Shown: in pieces, positions 29,084 through 37,305 of the stretch | Position numbering within the stretch: the stretch's first letter is position 1 | How the letters are laid out: the number at the start of each line of letters is the position of its first letter | NCBI GenBank assembly: GCA_014727915.1 | Contig: WJMO01000006.1 | Location: 32,001-96,000 of the forward strand | Reading direction: 5' to 3' | Length of the DNA stretch: 64,000 bases | DNA from: Candidatus Altiarchaeales archaeon | Lineage (GTDB): Archaea > Altiarchaeota > Altiarchaeia > IMC4 > SCGC-AAA252-I15 | Translations under genes and position numbers: made by a program | The notes under the pieces: model-generated | The model's input: only the letters and a program-made list of their open reading frames with translations | What the model was told of the DNA's origin: nothing | Databases searched by the model: none

Positions 29084-29649
29084 AAGGGCGCGCTGGATTC
29101 AAAACGGGAGCCCTCGCGGGGGTCATCATAGGCGTGTTGTTGGGTGTTTTGACGTATCAGGCAGGCGTCGGTTACGCGTGCCCCTCGAGGAACTGCGTCG
29201 GCTCGGCCGAGGTCACGCCCGTGGCCGACAGGGAGTACTTCCAGGCTGCAAGGGATGTGCTGGCCGGCGCGGAGGAGACCATACACATAGTCTCCTTCGA
29301 GGTGAAATACTACAGGTCATACCCGGATAGCCTGCAGAACCAGCTGGTCCGGGAGCTCATATACGCCCGGGAGAGGGGCGTGGAAGTAAGGGTTATCGTG
29401 GACGAGTTCAGCGAAAGCGACAACGCCTACGACCTGCTGAAGGCCAATGGAGTGGATATCAGGCATGACGGGAAGGAGACCACAACCCATTGCAAGCTGA
29501 TAATTGTAGACGGGAAGGTGGTTTTGCTGGGCTCCACCAACCTGAGCTACTACGGTTTGGAGAAGAACCACGAGGCGAACGTGAAGATAGTCGACAGGAG
29601 AACCGCGGAATACTATGAGGAATACTTCAGACAACTGTGGGGGGAATAG
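29080..29649 (+). CDS. Membrane-anchored single-HKD phospholipase D-superfamily protein (Nuc-like)
   Basis: N-terminal TM; 'HCKLIIVDG...GSTN...KNHEAN'. Confidence 0.8.
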   Translation: MKGRAGFKTGALAGVIIGVLLGVLTYQAGVGYACPSRNCVGSAEVTPVADREYFQAARDVLAGAEETIHIVSFEVKYYRSYPDSLQNQLVRELIYARERGVEVRVIVDEFSESDNAYDLLKANGVDIRHDGKETTTHCKLIIVDGKVVLLGSTNLSYYGLEKNHEANVKIVDRRTAEYYEEYFRQLWGE

Positions 29650-29654
29650 CAGGG

Positions 29655-31202
29655 TTAGCAGACCTTGTACTCGGCTGCCGTGAACACCGGGCCTTTAACG
29701 CTTATCCTCTTGTTGTTGGATTCTATGAACCTCCGCGCCTTTGACGAAACTCTGATGTTAACGTCCGAGGGGCCCTTTGCCATCTTGGCCTGTATGAAGC
29801 CCATTGTCTCGCCCGCTTGTACCTGGTTCTCTATCTCATATGCGATGTAGGCTGCGACGGCATCTAGGAATGTGAAATCCGCCTTAACCCCCTTCTCTAC
29901 CACTTCGCTCACGTCCGCCTTCAGTTTACTGGTGTCCTCTGGCAGGCCGTAGACGCTGCCGTCGTGCACGTAAAGCCTGTTCAAGGCGGCGGGACCGAGT
30001 AGCATGCTGTTCTCCTCGCGTTCGACCGCGTTCACCACCACCTTCTTCCCGGATATCATGCCCTCAAAGGCCTTATGCGAGCAGGGGGACTTGTCGGTCG
30101 CATATTCCGTGTAGGTCTTCTTCAGCGACTCGGCCAGTGACCTGCCTGCCTCGGTAGCAGGGGAAGCTGATATGGATATCTCGCCCGCGAGTTCCCTGTC
30201 CGACAGATGGACTGTGCTGTAGAACTGGGGGTAGAGCAGCTCGCGTATGTCGCTGACCTTGTCCTTGACCATGAGTATGCGCTCCAGGCCGAAGCCCAGG
30301 TTGAACACGTTGTATTCTATGTCGTATTGGGCGAGGGATACGGGGGAGTACATGCCTATGTCCGCGACCTCTATGTCGCCGGAGTAGACCTCGTATTCCG
30401 TGTCAGGGGCGTAGTAGTTTGAGGTGGCCTTCTTCAGCTCGAACCGGACGTCCCCGAAGTCCAGGGTGTTCAGTATCTTCTTGGTCATGTCCATGCCGGA
30501 CTGCAAGCTTATGTCCTCGTCCATTATAACGCAGCTGCCACCATAGTGGGCTCTGAGATGTGATGAATCGACCTTCTGCTCCCTCCTGAACCTCAACCCG
30601 ACGCTGAACAGCTTCAACGGCATATCGTCCTGCATGGCAGACAATGTGGGGAACCATGCGGCGGTCATGTGGGACCTGAGGGTAGTCTTGCCGCATACGG
30701 GTTTGATGTTCTTGAACTCCGGGAACAGGTCGAGTATCTTGGCGGCCTGGTCGGTGGTCAGCTTGAACCTCCGGACCATCTCCTCCAGAACGTCGTCTCC
30801 CTCTATGCTGCCCTCACGGTATTCCCTGAACAATGCCTTCAAGCCGTCGGGTTTGACTTCCGCTATCGAGCTGACCTCGGATATCTTGTCCTTCCCCAGG
30901 CCTATGTCCGGGCGGGTCAGGCCTCCCAGGTAGTAGCAGCGGTCGAGTATGACGGGAGCTTCAGGACCGTACTGCCTGTAGACGTCCTCCTCAGGTATGA
31001 AAAGCTGGTTCTCTACCTCGTCGAATCCAAGGTCCAAGAAGGCCTTCCGCACCTTCTGGGCGAGTTCGTGAAGTGGATGGGCTCTGCCCTTGCCTGACGT
31101 GTAATCGCCTCCCTTGGAGGGTATGAGAGCTGCTGTCTCAAGCCATGCTCTGCGGTAGTCTTCCTTGGCCTGGGCCCTTATCTTCCTGGGGTCGAGTTTC
31201 AT
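29655..31202 (-). CDS. sepS: O-phosphoserine--tRNA(Cys) ligase
   Basis: 'QYGPEAPVILDRCYYLGGL', 'TLRSHMTAAWF', 'FRREQKVD', 'NLGFGLER' and 'LLGPAALN'; start MKLDP at 31202. Confidence 0.95.
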   Translation of the reverse strand: MKLDPRKIRAQAKEDYRRAWLETAALIPSKGGDYTSGKGRAHPLHELAQKVRKAFLDLGFDEVENQLFIPEEDVYRQYGPEAPVILDRCYYLGGLTRPDIGLGKDKISEVSSIAEVKPDGLKALFREYREGSIEGDDVLEEMVRRFKLTTDQAAKILDLFPEFKNIKPVCGKTTLRSHMTAAWFPTLSAMQDDMPLKLFSVGLRFRREQKVDSSHLRAHYGGSCVIMDEDISLQSGMDMTKKILNTLDFGDVRFELKKATSNYYAPDTEYEVYSGDIEVADIGMYSPVSLAQYDIEYNVFNLGFGLERILMVKDKVSDIRELLYPQFYSTVHLSDRELAGEISISASPATEAGRSLAESLKKTYTEYATDKSPCSHKAFEGMISGKKVVVNAVEREENSMLLGPAALNRLYVHDGSVYGLPEDTSKLKADVSEVVEKGVKADFTFLDAVAAYIAYEIENQVQAGETMGFIQAKMAKGPSDVNIRVSSKARRFIESNNKRISVKGPVFTAAEYKVC

Positions 31203-31207
31203 TTCAG

Positions 31208-31558
31208 CTAGCACCATACGCCCGGGTCGCATTGGAAGTCCCCGCATCCGCTGGGACCGGCGCACAAAGCAGAGGAGGAGGTGTCACAGTATAGGCGAAG
31301 AAGGCTGCAAGCCGCCCTCACCAGTATCAGGCCTATCAGCACGTAGATCATGCCCTTCTTAGCGTCCGCCCTCTCGTTGGGGCTGTCTGCGATTATCCAT
31401 TTTATCCCTAGTATTACCAGCATGATCCAACCCAGCGCGTAGGCGACGGATTTCATGGAGGTTATCCATGCGACTATGTCGGAGGTGGCCGCGGACGCCG
31501 ACAGGGAGGCTATGTTAACCATGAAGAAGAAAATCGATATCCTGGAAATGCGCTTCAT
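31208..31558 (-). CDS. VirB2/TrbC-like pilin with short Cys-rich tail
   Basis: Signal peptide, two TM helices flanking 'IKWIIADSPNERADAKKGMIYVLIG'. Confidence 0.7.
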   Translation of the reverse strand: MKRISRISIFFFMVNIASLSASAATSDIVAWITSMKSVAYALGWIMLVILGIKWIIADSPNERADAKKGMIYVLIGLILVRAACSLLRLYCDTSSSALCAGPSGCGDFQCDPGVWC

Positions 31559-31591
31559 TTTGTGAAATATAGGTCCTGGGAGAATAAAAGC

Positions 31592-32266
31592 CTAGGTAGT
31601 GCAATGGCTCCTGCAGTAGTCTGCGAAAGGCGCCACTGGGGCGCTGTCATCCTTGTAGTCGCAGCCGGTGCCGAAGGTGGTCGGACAGCAGTTGTTGTTC
31701 GGCCCGGCGTCGTCTATGCATATGCAATACCTTATCACAGAGCCGGTGTACCAGTAGAATGCCCGGCAGTGGGTGAGGTAGTAGGATATTGGCGGCAGTC
31801 CGTTCACCCATACGTCGCAGCCCCCATGCCTGCAGCACTGCCACGGGTCCATTGTGGTGCAGGTGGTCGAGGAGGTGAGGGTGGTTGTTGTTACAGTGGT
31901 CGTAGTTGGAGCATTGCACCCTGGGAAGCAGTACATCGCGTAGTCGCAGTTGATTCCCGGAACCGCTGTCTGGACGTTGTCGCAGTATAGCTGCAGCATC
32001 TTGCACGCGCTCCTGACTACTAGGACGGCCACGAGCACGTAGATCATGCCCTTCTTGGCGTCCTGCCGGTCCGATGGGTTGTCTGCCACTATGTATCTCA
32101 AACCCAACACGACTATCATCAGCCATCCCAGCGCGTAGGCGAGGCAGCGGAGGCCTCCGACTAGGTTCAGTATGCCCTGGGTCGAGGCGGACGCCATCGG
32201 CGAGGATAAATTCAGCAGAAGCATGAACAGTGAAAGCCGGTAAAACCACTTCATAGCGTAATCCAT
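31592..32266 (-). CDS. VirB2/TrbC-like pilin with Thr-rich stalk and long Cys-rich C-terminal domain
   Basis: Pilin core 'LRYIVADNPSDRQDAKKGMIYVLV', then 'PTTTTVTTTTLTSSTT' and a Cys-rich domain. Confidence 0.7.
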   Translation of the reverse strand: MDYAMKWFYRLSLFMLLLNLSSPMASASTQGILNLVGGLRCLAYALGWLMIVVLGLRYIVADNPSDRQDAKKGMIYVLVAVLVVRSACKMLQLYCDNVQTAVPGINCDYAMYCFPGCNAPTTTTVTTTTLTSSTTCTTMDPWQCCRHGGCDVWVNGLPPISYYLTHCRAFYWYTGSVIRYCICIDDAGPNNNCCPTTFGTGCDYKDDSAPVAPFADYCRSHCTT

Positions 32267-32285
32267 TTAGCCTAGGTAAATAAAA

Positions 32286-32582
32286 TTAGCATAGGAGGTA
32301 TTCGATGAGCTCCAAGGCCGTCCGTAATATTATCAGTCCTATCACCACGTAGATGACGCCCCTGCGGGCGCTCTCCCTGTCTTGGGGTCCGTTGGCGGTC
32401 ATCCATTTTATGCCGAGGTAGACTATCATGAAGACTCCCGCGGCGCTTCCGACTATCTTCAGCGAGGACTGTATGCTAGTCATGGTCGGGATGTTGGCTC
32501 CGCATGATTGGGCGGCTGCGCTTTGCAGCATCAGCAGTAGTGCCGCCAGCGCCAGCATGGCGGTCGCGTTTTTCTCGTTCAT
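32286..32582 (-). CDS. VirB2/TrbC-like pilin
   Basis: Signal peptide; 'IKWMTANGPQDRESARRGVIYVVIGLII'; 98 aa. Confidence 0.72.
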   Translation of the reverse strand: MNEKNATAMLALAALLLMLQSAAAQSCGANIPTMTSIQSSLKIVGSAAGVFMIVYLGIKWMTANGPQDRESARRGVIYVVIGLIILRTALELIEYLLC

Positions 32583-32586
32583 GGTC

Positions 32587-32742
32587 TCAGTCCAGGTCGG
32601 TCTGGAAGTAGGGGCAGTTGCTGCAGTACCACTGCGACTGCAGGCTGTCGTTTACGACAGGTGTGTTAGCGATCTTGTTGTTAGTGCACCTGTCTTCGTT
32701 CCGGTGTATGCATTTACTGTTGTCTCTGGTTATCGGCACCAT
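32587..32742 (-). CDS. Small 4-Cys protein (51 aa, not in ORF track)
   Basis: Hand translation MVPITRDNSKCIHRNEDRCTNNKIANTPVVNDSLQSQWYCSNCPYFQTDLD*; TATA-like AT tract ~25 nt upstream; stop 4 nt before the pilin ATG. Confidence 0.6.
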   Translation of the reverse strand: MVPITRDNSKCIHRNEDRCTNNKIANTPVVNDSLQSQWYCSNCPYFQTDLD

Positions 32743-32823
32743 CGCTTATCTAATGCGAGAGAAACTATAAAAAACGATTTTTTTAAATAATTTATAAAAA
32801 AACCATTATTTTATGATTTATTG

Positions 32824-35130
32824 TTATCTTAGCCTGAAGTATGATGCTATCCTGGGGGGGACTTCCTCGCGTGTCAGGACGTCTCCGAACTTGCTGCTGT
32901 AGTCGCGCTTCAGCGCAGGGTTGCCGACGACGAAGAAGTAGTCCTCGTACTTCTGCATTATGGGGAGCTTCTCCGCCATATTGTCCAGGCTCTTCTTCAT
33001 GCCCACGTCAGCCTCCACCTCGATGGCGACCATCTTCCCGGTCTGCGTTTCGAAAGTCACGTCCGGCAGCCGGGTATGGTGCAGGAGGCCGCTCTCAGTG
33101 TACTTCCTGACCTCCTCCAGTATGAGATGCTGCATGATGAAATGCTCGTCGGTGGAGTCTGTCTCGTTCCTGATTATGAAGAGCTCCGAGTTGCCCTCCA
33201 GGTTCCTGGTCCGGACCTCCTCGAAGCCGCGCTGGTTGAGGGAGGTTATCTGGTCGTCGGTCAGGTCCGACTTCCGGTGTATCGGCTTGGTCATGTCGAA
33301 CTCCCGCTCAACATCCGAAGATGCGGGACGGTACACCTCGTGCTTCTGCAGCTGCTCCATCGCTATCTGCTCGTCAGGGCGGGTTGTTATGATGACGTGC
33401 TCGTCCGGCGAAGCGGATATGTAGATGGGCACGTGCATGGTCTCGGCTATGAGAAGGGCCCTGCCCATCGTCGAAATCTGGAGGAAACGCCGCTCGGCCT
33501 CGTTAAGGTGGAACCGCTCCACTATCTGGTCCAGCACTGACGTGTCCTGCTTGAGCAGGAGCTTGGTCGCCGTGTTGGTGAGGACCGCCCGACCCGCCCT
33601 CGAGACCAGGACGTCCTCGACGTCCTGGGTTATCATGATTAACCCCAGGTTGAACTTACGGCATGTCTTGACGAGGCGGAGTATGTACTCAGCCTGCTCC
33701 CCGGCGCTCAGCACGGTCCACGCCTCGTCGATTACCAGTATCTTCCGGGTCTTGCTCTTCTTCATCTGGGTGTAGACGTACTCGAGCAGCAAGAACATTA
33801 TGGTGCCCTTGCCGATGTCAGGGGCGTCCTTTATGTCGAAGCTTATCATGCGGTTGCTGAGGTCTATCTTCGTGTGCTGGTTCAAGAACCTCATCGGCCC
33901 GAAAACGTAGCTCTTCAGCCGGTTCACTATGGCCATCGCAGGCACGTATATGATCTCCTTCTGCGACTTGGTCAGGGGCAACACCTCGTTGTAGAGGTCT
34001 TCGAGCAGGGGGGGCTCCCTGCTCCACGTCTTGGGATCCTTGCTTATCCCCTTCTCCTCGTAGGTACGGTCTATGGTCTCGTCCAATATGGCCCTCTGGG
34101 GCTCGGTGAGCTCTCCGAGGAGGCAGCGGAAGAACGCGAGCAGCGACAGCTTCTTCTCGTCGTAGGTCTGGTCCATCATGTCGAAGGGGTTGATGACGCT
34201 GTCCGAGTCGGGGGCGATCCGTATTATGTCTCCCCTGAACGTCTTAATCAGGTCGGCGTACTCCGCCTGCGGGTCTATGACGTTTATGGACACGCCCTCC
34301 ATGAACTCGCGCATGAGTATCAGCTTGATCGAGTAGCTCTTACCCCCTCCTGAAGTGCCGAGTACGAGTATGTTGGGGTTGGACAGCTCGAACGGGTCTA
34401 TGATGATTGGTATGCTGTTGTACTCGTTGAATCCTATGAGTATTCCGGTGGCGTGCTGTTCCAGGGAGGTTATGGCGAAGGGGAAGCAGGCGGCGACTGC
34501 GGTGGAGGTTATGTTCTGCGTGACTTCGAGCTTGTCAGCCCCTAGGGGAAGCACGCTCTGGAGGCCCTGGTACATCTGGTATGCGGGGACCTTGGGTATG
34601 ATCATTATGCTGTTCATCGTGTCCCTTATCTGCTTGCTGACGCGGTCCAGGTCGTCCTTGTTGTATGCTTTGGCGTCTAGGTAGAGGGAGATGTCGAACA
34701 TCTTCTCGTATCCGGCCTGTATAACCTGCAACAGGTCCATTGTGTCCTGGTGCTGCTGCAGCAGGGACTGGGGAACTATCTTGCCCTCCATCTCGAGGGC
34801 GTAGAGGTCTGTCTTCTGCTTCTTTAGCTCGCTCTCCAGCAGCTTTATGGTGGTCGTCTTCTTGTAGGGGCTGATGTGTATGGAGAGGTCGAAGTCCAGG
34901 TTCATCTGTATTAGGCGGGTCAGCCATCCGGGGTCCACGACACGCGGGTAGTTGATGGCGCAGATGACCTGGTGGTATTTGGTTATCTGGATGTCGGCCT
35001 TGTGTATGTCAATGGTCGAGGGGGAGGTCAGGTACTCTATGAGGCGGTCCTCGTATTCGGTGTATGTCTCAACATCGGTCTTAACGTTTGCCTCTTTCTT
35101 CTTGCCCCCGCCGATGAACGGTAGTCCCAT
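32824..35130 (-). CDS. VirB4-like (TraC/TrbE/ConE-type) ATPase with C-terminal extra domain
   Basis: Walker A 'GTSGGGKS', 'VIDPQAEY', 'INPFD', Walker B 'VIDEAW' and 'CRKFNLGLIMITQDVED'; VirB4-type N-terminal region. Confidence 0.88.
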   Translation of the reverse strand: MGLPFIGGGKKKEANVKTDVETYTEYEDRLIEYLTSPSTIDIHKADIQITKYHQVICAINYPRVVDPGWLTRLIQMNLDFDLSIHISPYKKTTTIKLLESELKKQKTDLYALEMEGKIVPQSLLQQHQDTMDLLQVIQAGYEKMFDISLYLDAKAYNKDDLDRVSKQIRDTMNSIMIIPKVPAYQMYQGLQSVLPLGADKLEVTQNITSTAVAACFPFAITSLEQHATGILIGFNEYNSIPIIIDPFELSNPNILVLGTSGGGKSYSIKLILMREFMEGVSINVIDPQAEYADLIKTFRGDIIRIAPDSDSVINPFDMMDQTYDEKKLSLLAFFRCLLGELTEPQRAILDETIDRTYEEKGISKDPKTWSREPPLLEDLYNEVLPLTKSQKEIIYVPAMAIVNRLKSYVFGPMRFLNQHTKIDLSNRMISFDIKDAPDIGKGTIMFLLLEYVYTQMKKSKTRKILVIDEAWTVLSAGEQAEYILRLVKTCRKFNLGLIMITQDVEDVLVSRAGRAVLTNTATKLLLKQDTSVLDQIVERFHLNEAERRFLQISTMGRALLIAETMHVPIYISASPDEHVIITTRPDEQIAMEQLQKHEVYRPASSDVEREFDMTKPIHRKSDLTDDQITSLNQRGFEEVRTRNLEGNSELFIIRNETDSTDEHFIMQHLILEEVRKYTESGLLHHTRLPDVTFETQTGKMVAIEVEADVGMKKSLDNMAEKLPIMQKYEDYFFVVGNPALKRDYSSKFGDVLTREEVPPRIASYFRLR

Positions 35131-35135
35131 CTAGC

Positions 35136-36038
35136 TCACCTCTTTCCTCCTTCCTTATCCGGTTCCGCCACGCCCATAACAGGCTTGGGGGCCTCCTTCC
35201 ACATCTTCCGGTACATGGTTATCGGGCTCAGGTATGAGTCGTCCAGTTCGAAGCTGTCCGTGAAGTAGGACTTGAAGAAGTTCGTTATCTGGTGAGTGCT
35301 CATGCGCTCCGCGACTATACCAGACAGGGACAGCCGCGATATCACCTCCTCGCACTGTGTTCCCAGGTAGTCGACGGTCTCCTTCTCGCTCTTCTTCTTC
35401 TGGCCGTTGATTACGATGTAGAAGTGCCTGTCGTTTATCTTGTTTACTTTGATGTAGCTCCGCATGTACTCTGCGAAGTGCTCGTAGTATGCGAGGGCTA
35501 TCTTGTCGTCCCTCTGGACTATCCTCCTCTTCAGATGCCGCAGATAGTCTTCGAGGTCCAGGTTCACAGACCGCATGACTATCTGTATGGGGAAGTTCAG
35601 TGCGTTTACGAACTCCATGAAGCCCCATATGACCTGGTCCTTGTCCTGCTCGCTGAGCACTCCGAAGTTGATGGGGCGGACCTTTATCACTCCTAGCACC
35701 CGGGAGTCCTGAAGGAACACCGCGTCCGCTCGTATGGACTTGACACCCATGAGCTTCCTGGCTTCGGGGCTTATCCAGGATGTCTGCTTGGTCTGCTTCA
35801 TGAAACCCACATAGTGGAAGAGGAACTCGTCCAGGTTGAAGAATGCTAGGCCGACCCCCAGCAGGGCGAGTATGAGCGCCACCGGCATCTTGACGGTGTC
35901 TGGAAGCTGGGGCATCTGAAAGTAGACTATGGCAGCGGCCAAGAGGCAGATTCCCAGGTAGGCGGACTGCTTGATAGTGAGGGGGCCTAAAAGCCTTTCT
36001 TCATAGCGGATATCCTGGGGTATCTGAGCAGGCATCAT
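35136..36038 (-). CDS. PrgI/VirB3-like membrane protein fused to a VirB4 N-terminal-like domain
   Basis: 'IPQDIRYEERLLGPLTIKQSAYL' PrgI signature, 2 TM, then 'VRPINFGVLSEQDKDQVIWGFMEFVNALNFPIQIV...DRHFYIVI'. Confidence 0.75.
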   Translation of the reverse strand: MMPAQIPQDIRYEERLLGPLTIKQSAYLGICLLAAAIVYFQMPQLPDTVKMPVALILALLGVGLAFFNLDEFLFHYVGFMKQTKQTSWISPEARKLMGVKSIRADAVFLQDSRVLGVIKVRPINFGVLSEQDKDQVIWGFMEFVNALNFPIQIVMRSVNLDLEDYLRHLKRRIVQRDDKIALAYYEHFAEYMRSYIKVNKINDRHFYIVINGQKKKSEKETVDYLGTQCEEVISRLSLSGIVAERMSTHQITNFFKSYFTDSFELDDSYLSPITMYRKMWKEAPKPVMGVAEPDKEGGKR

Positions 36039-36108
36039 TTTGATGAGCACCAAACAGCCACAACCACGTTGAGTACTTAGTTTTCACGGCTTAAATAGGG
36101 TTGAAAAG

Positions 36109-37305
36109 CTAGTAATACTCTTCCTCCTTGGCGAGCTCTTCCAGCCGCTTTATCTCCTCTTGGAACATCTTGCTGACTTTCTTCTCCTCTTCGACTGTGA
36201 GGTTGTCGTATCCTCTGAGCTCCTCCTCATAGTCTTCCAGCTCCTTCTCCCGCTTCTTGACCTCCTCCTCCATCTTCTTCTCGGCGAATATCTCCTCATC
36301 GACGTCCTGGAACAGGCTCTCGAACTGGCCTCTAAGCTCCTTCCGGAACCATGCGAACTTGGGTTTCTTTGGTAGGAACCTGCTTACCAGCGCGTGCTGC
36401 CACCGCAATACCATGTTGTCGTAGTACCATCGCACTACCTTGCGGTCGCTGTTGCTGAGAAGGTCGTATGTTGAGACGAATGTGAAGGGCATCGCCGACA
36501 TGGCTCCTCCGCCCATCGGCCGGAGCCAGGTCATCCGGTCCTGGTCGTTTATGGACCTGTCCACTAGCTTCTCCCTTAGCATGAAACGCTGGGCCTCGTC
36601 CTGGTATAGCCTGGACAGCTCCTTCCTCTCCTTGGCTGATAGGTCTTGTGCGTGGGAGGCCAGCTCTCGTATCCTGTCTGTCCGCTGGTCTGATGAGTCC
36701 TCCAGTTGGTGGAGGTTCTCCACTTGGCGTTCCTCTATGGATTTCTCCATGCCTGACACCAGCCACATCCTCTTGTAAAGGTCCTTTAATGTTACTCCCT
36801 CCTGCTCTCCCTTCTGCTTTAGCTGGGCGTCCCATCTGCGGATCATAGCCTCCCGGACCAGCCCGAATGGTGTTGTGGCTATCGGCCGTATCTTGTGAAG
36901 TGGGGGCCGGCGTCCCGTTGAAGGCATGTGGGAGGATGACATTGACGCCAGCGACACCGCGGATGGGGGTGCGATGGAGGGGAAGAAGGAGTCTGCGAAT
37001 ATGTTCCTCTCGACCGCCTCTTCCTCGTCGAGCCCGTCCCAGCGGGTCTTCTTCCTCTTGGATCTTCGGTGCTTCCTCCAACGCTGCGGGTCCGAGTCGT
37101 CTTTGTCGGGTCCGTCTCCGCTGACGGCCTGCTCTGATGATTCCAGGATCTCGCGTTCCATCATCTTGGAGCGTACGCGCATGTCCTCGTCCAGCTGCGC
37201 GTCCAGCATTACGCGGCGCTCTTCGGATTCGGCGTCTAGCTTTCGTATATCCTCTTCTGTCTCTTCGGTCTCTTCCCGTATGCGCTTTTTGCCCTCGTCG
37301 GTCAT
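36109..37305 (-). CDS. Hypothetical Glu/Lys/Arg-rich coiled-coil protein in the T4SS-like locus
   Basis: 398 aa, highly charged termini; start overlaps the stop of the upstream VirB6-like gene. Confidence 0.65.
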   Translation of the reverse strand: MTDEGKKRIREETEETEEDIRKLDAESEERRVMLDAQLDEDMRVRSKMMEREILESSEQAVSGDGPDKDDSDPQRWRKHRRSKRKKTRWDGLDEEEAVERNIFADSFFPSIAPPSAVSLASMSSSHMPSTGRRPPLHKIRPIATTPFGLVREAMIRRWDAQLKQKGEQEGVTLKDLYKRMWLVSGMEKSIEERQVENLHQLEDSSDQRTDRIRELASHAQDLSAKERKELSRLYQDEAQRFMLREKLVDRSINDQDRMTWLRPMGGGAMSAMPFTFVSTYDLLSNSDRKVVRWYYDNMVLRWQHALVSRFLPKKPKFAWFRKELRGQFESLFQDVDEEIFAEKKMEEEVKKREKELEDYEEELRGYDNLTVEEEKKVSKMFQEEIKRLEELAKEEEYY

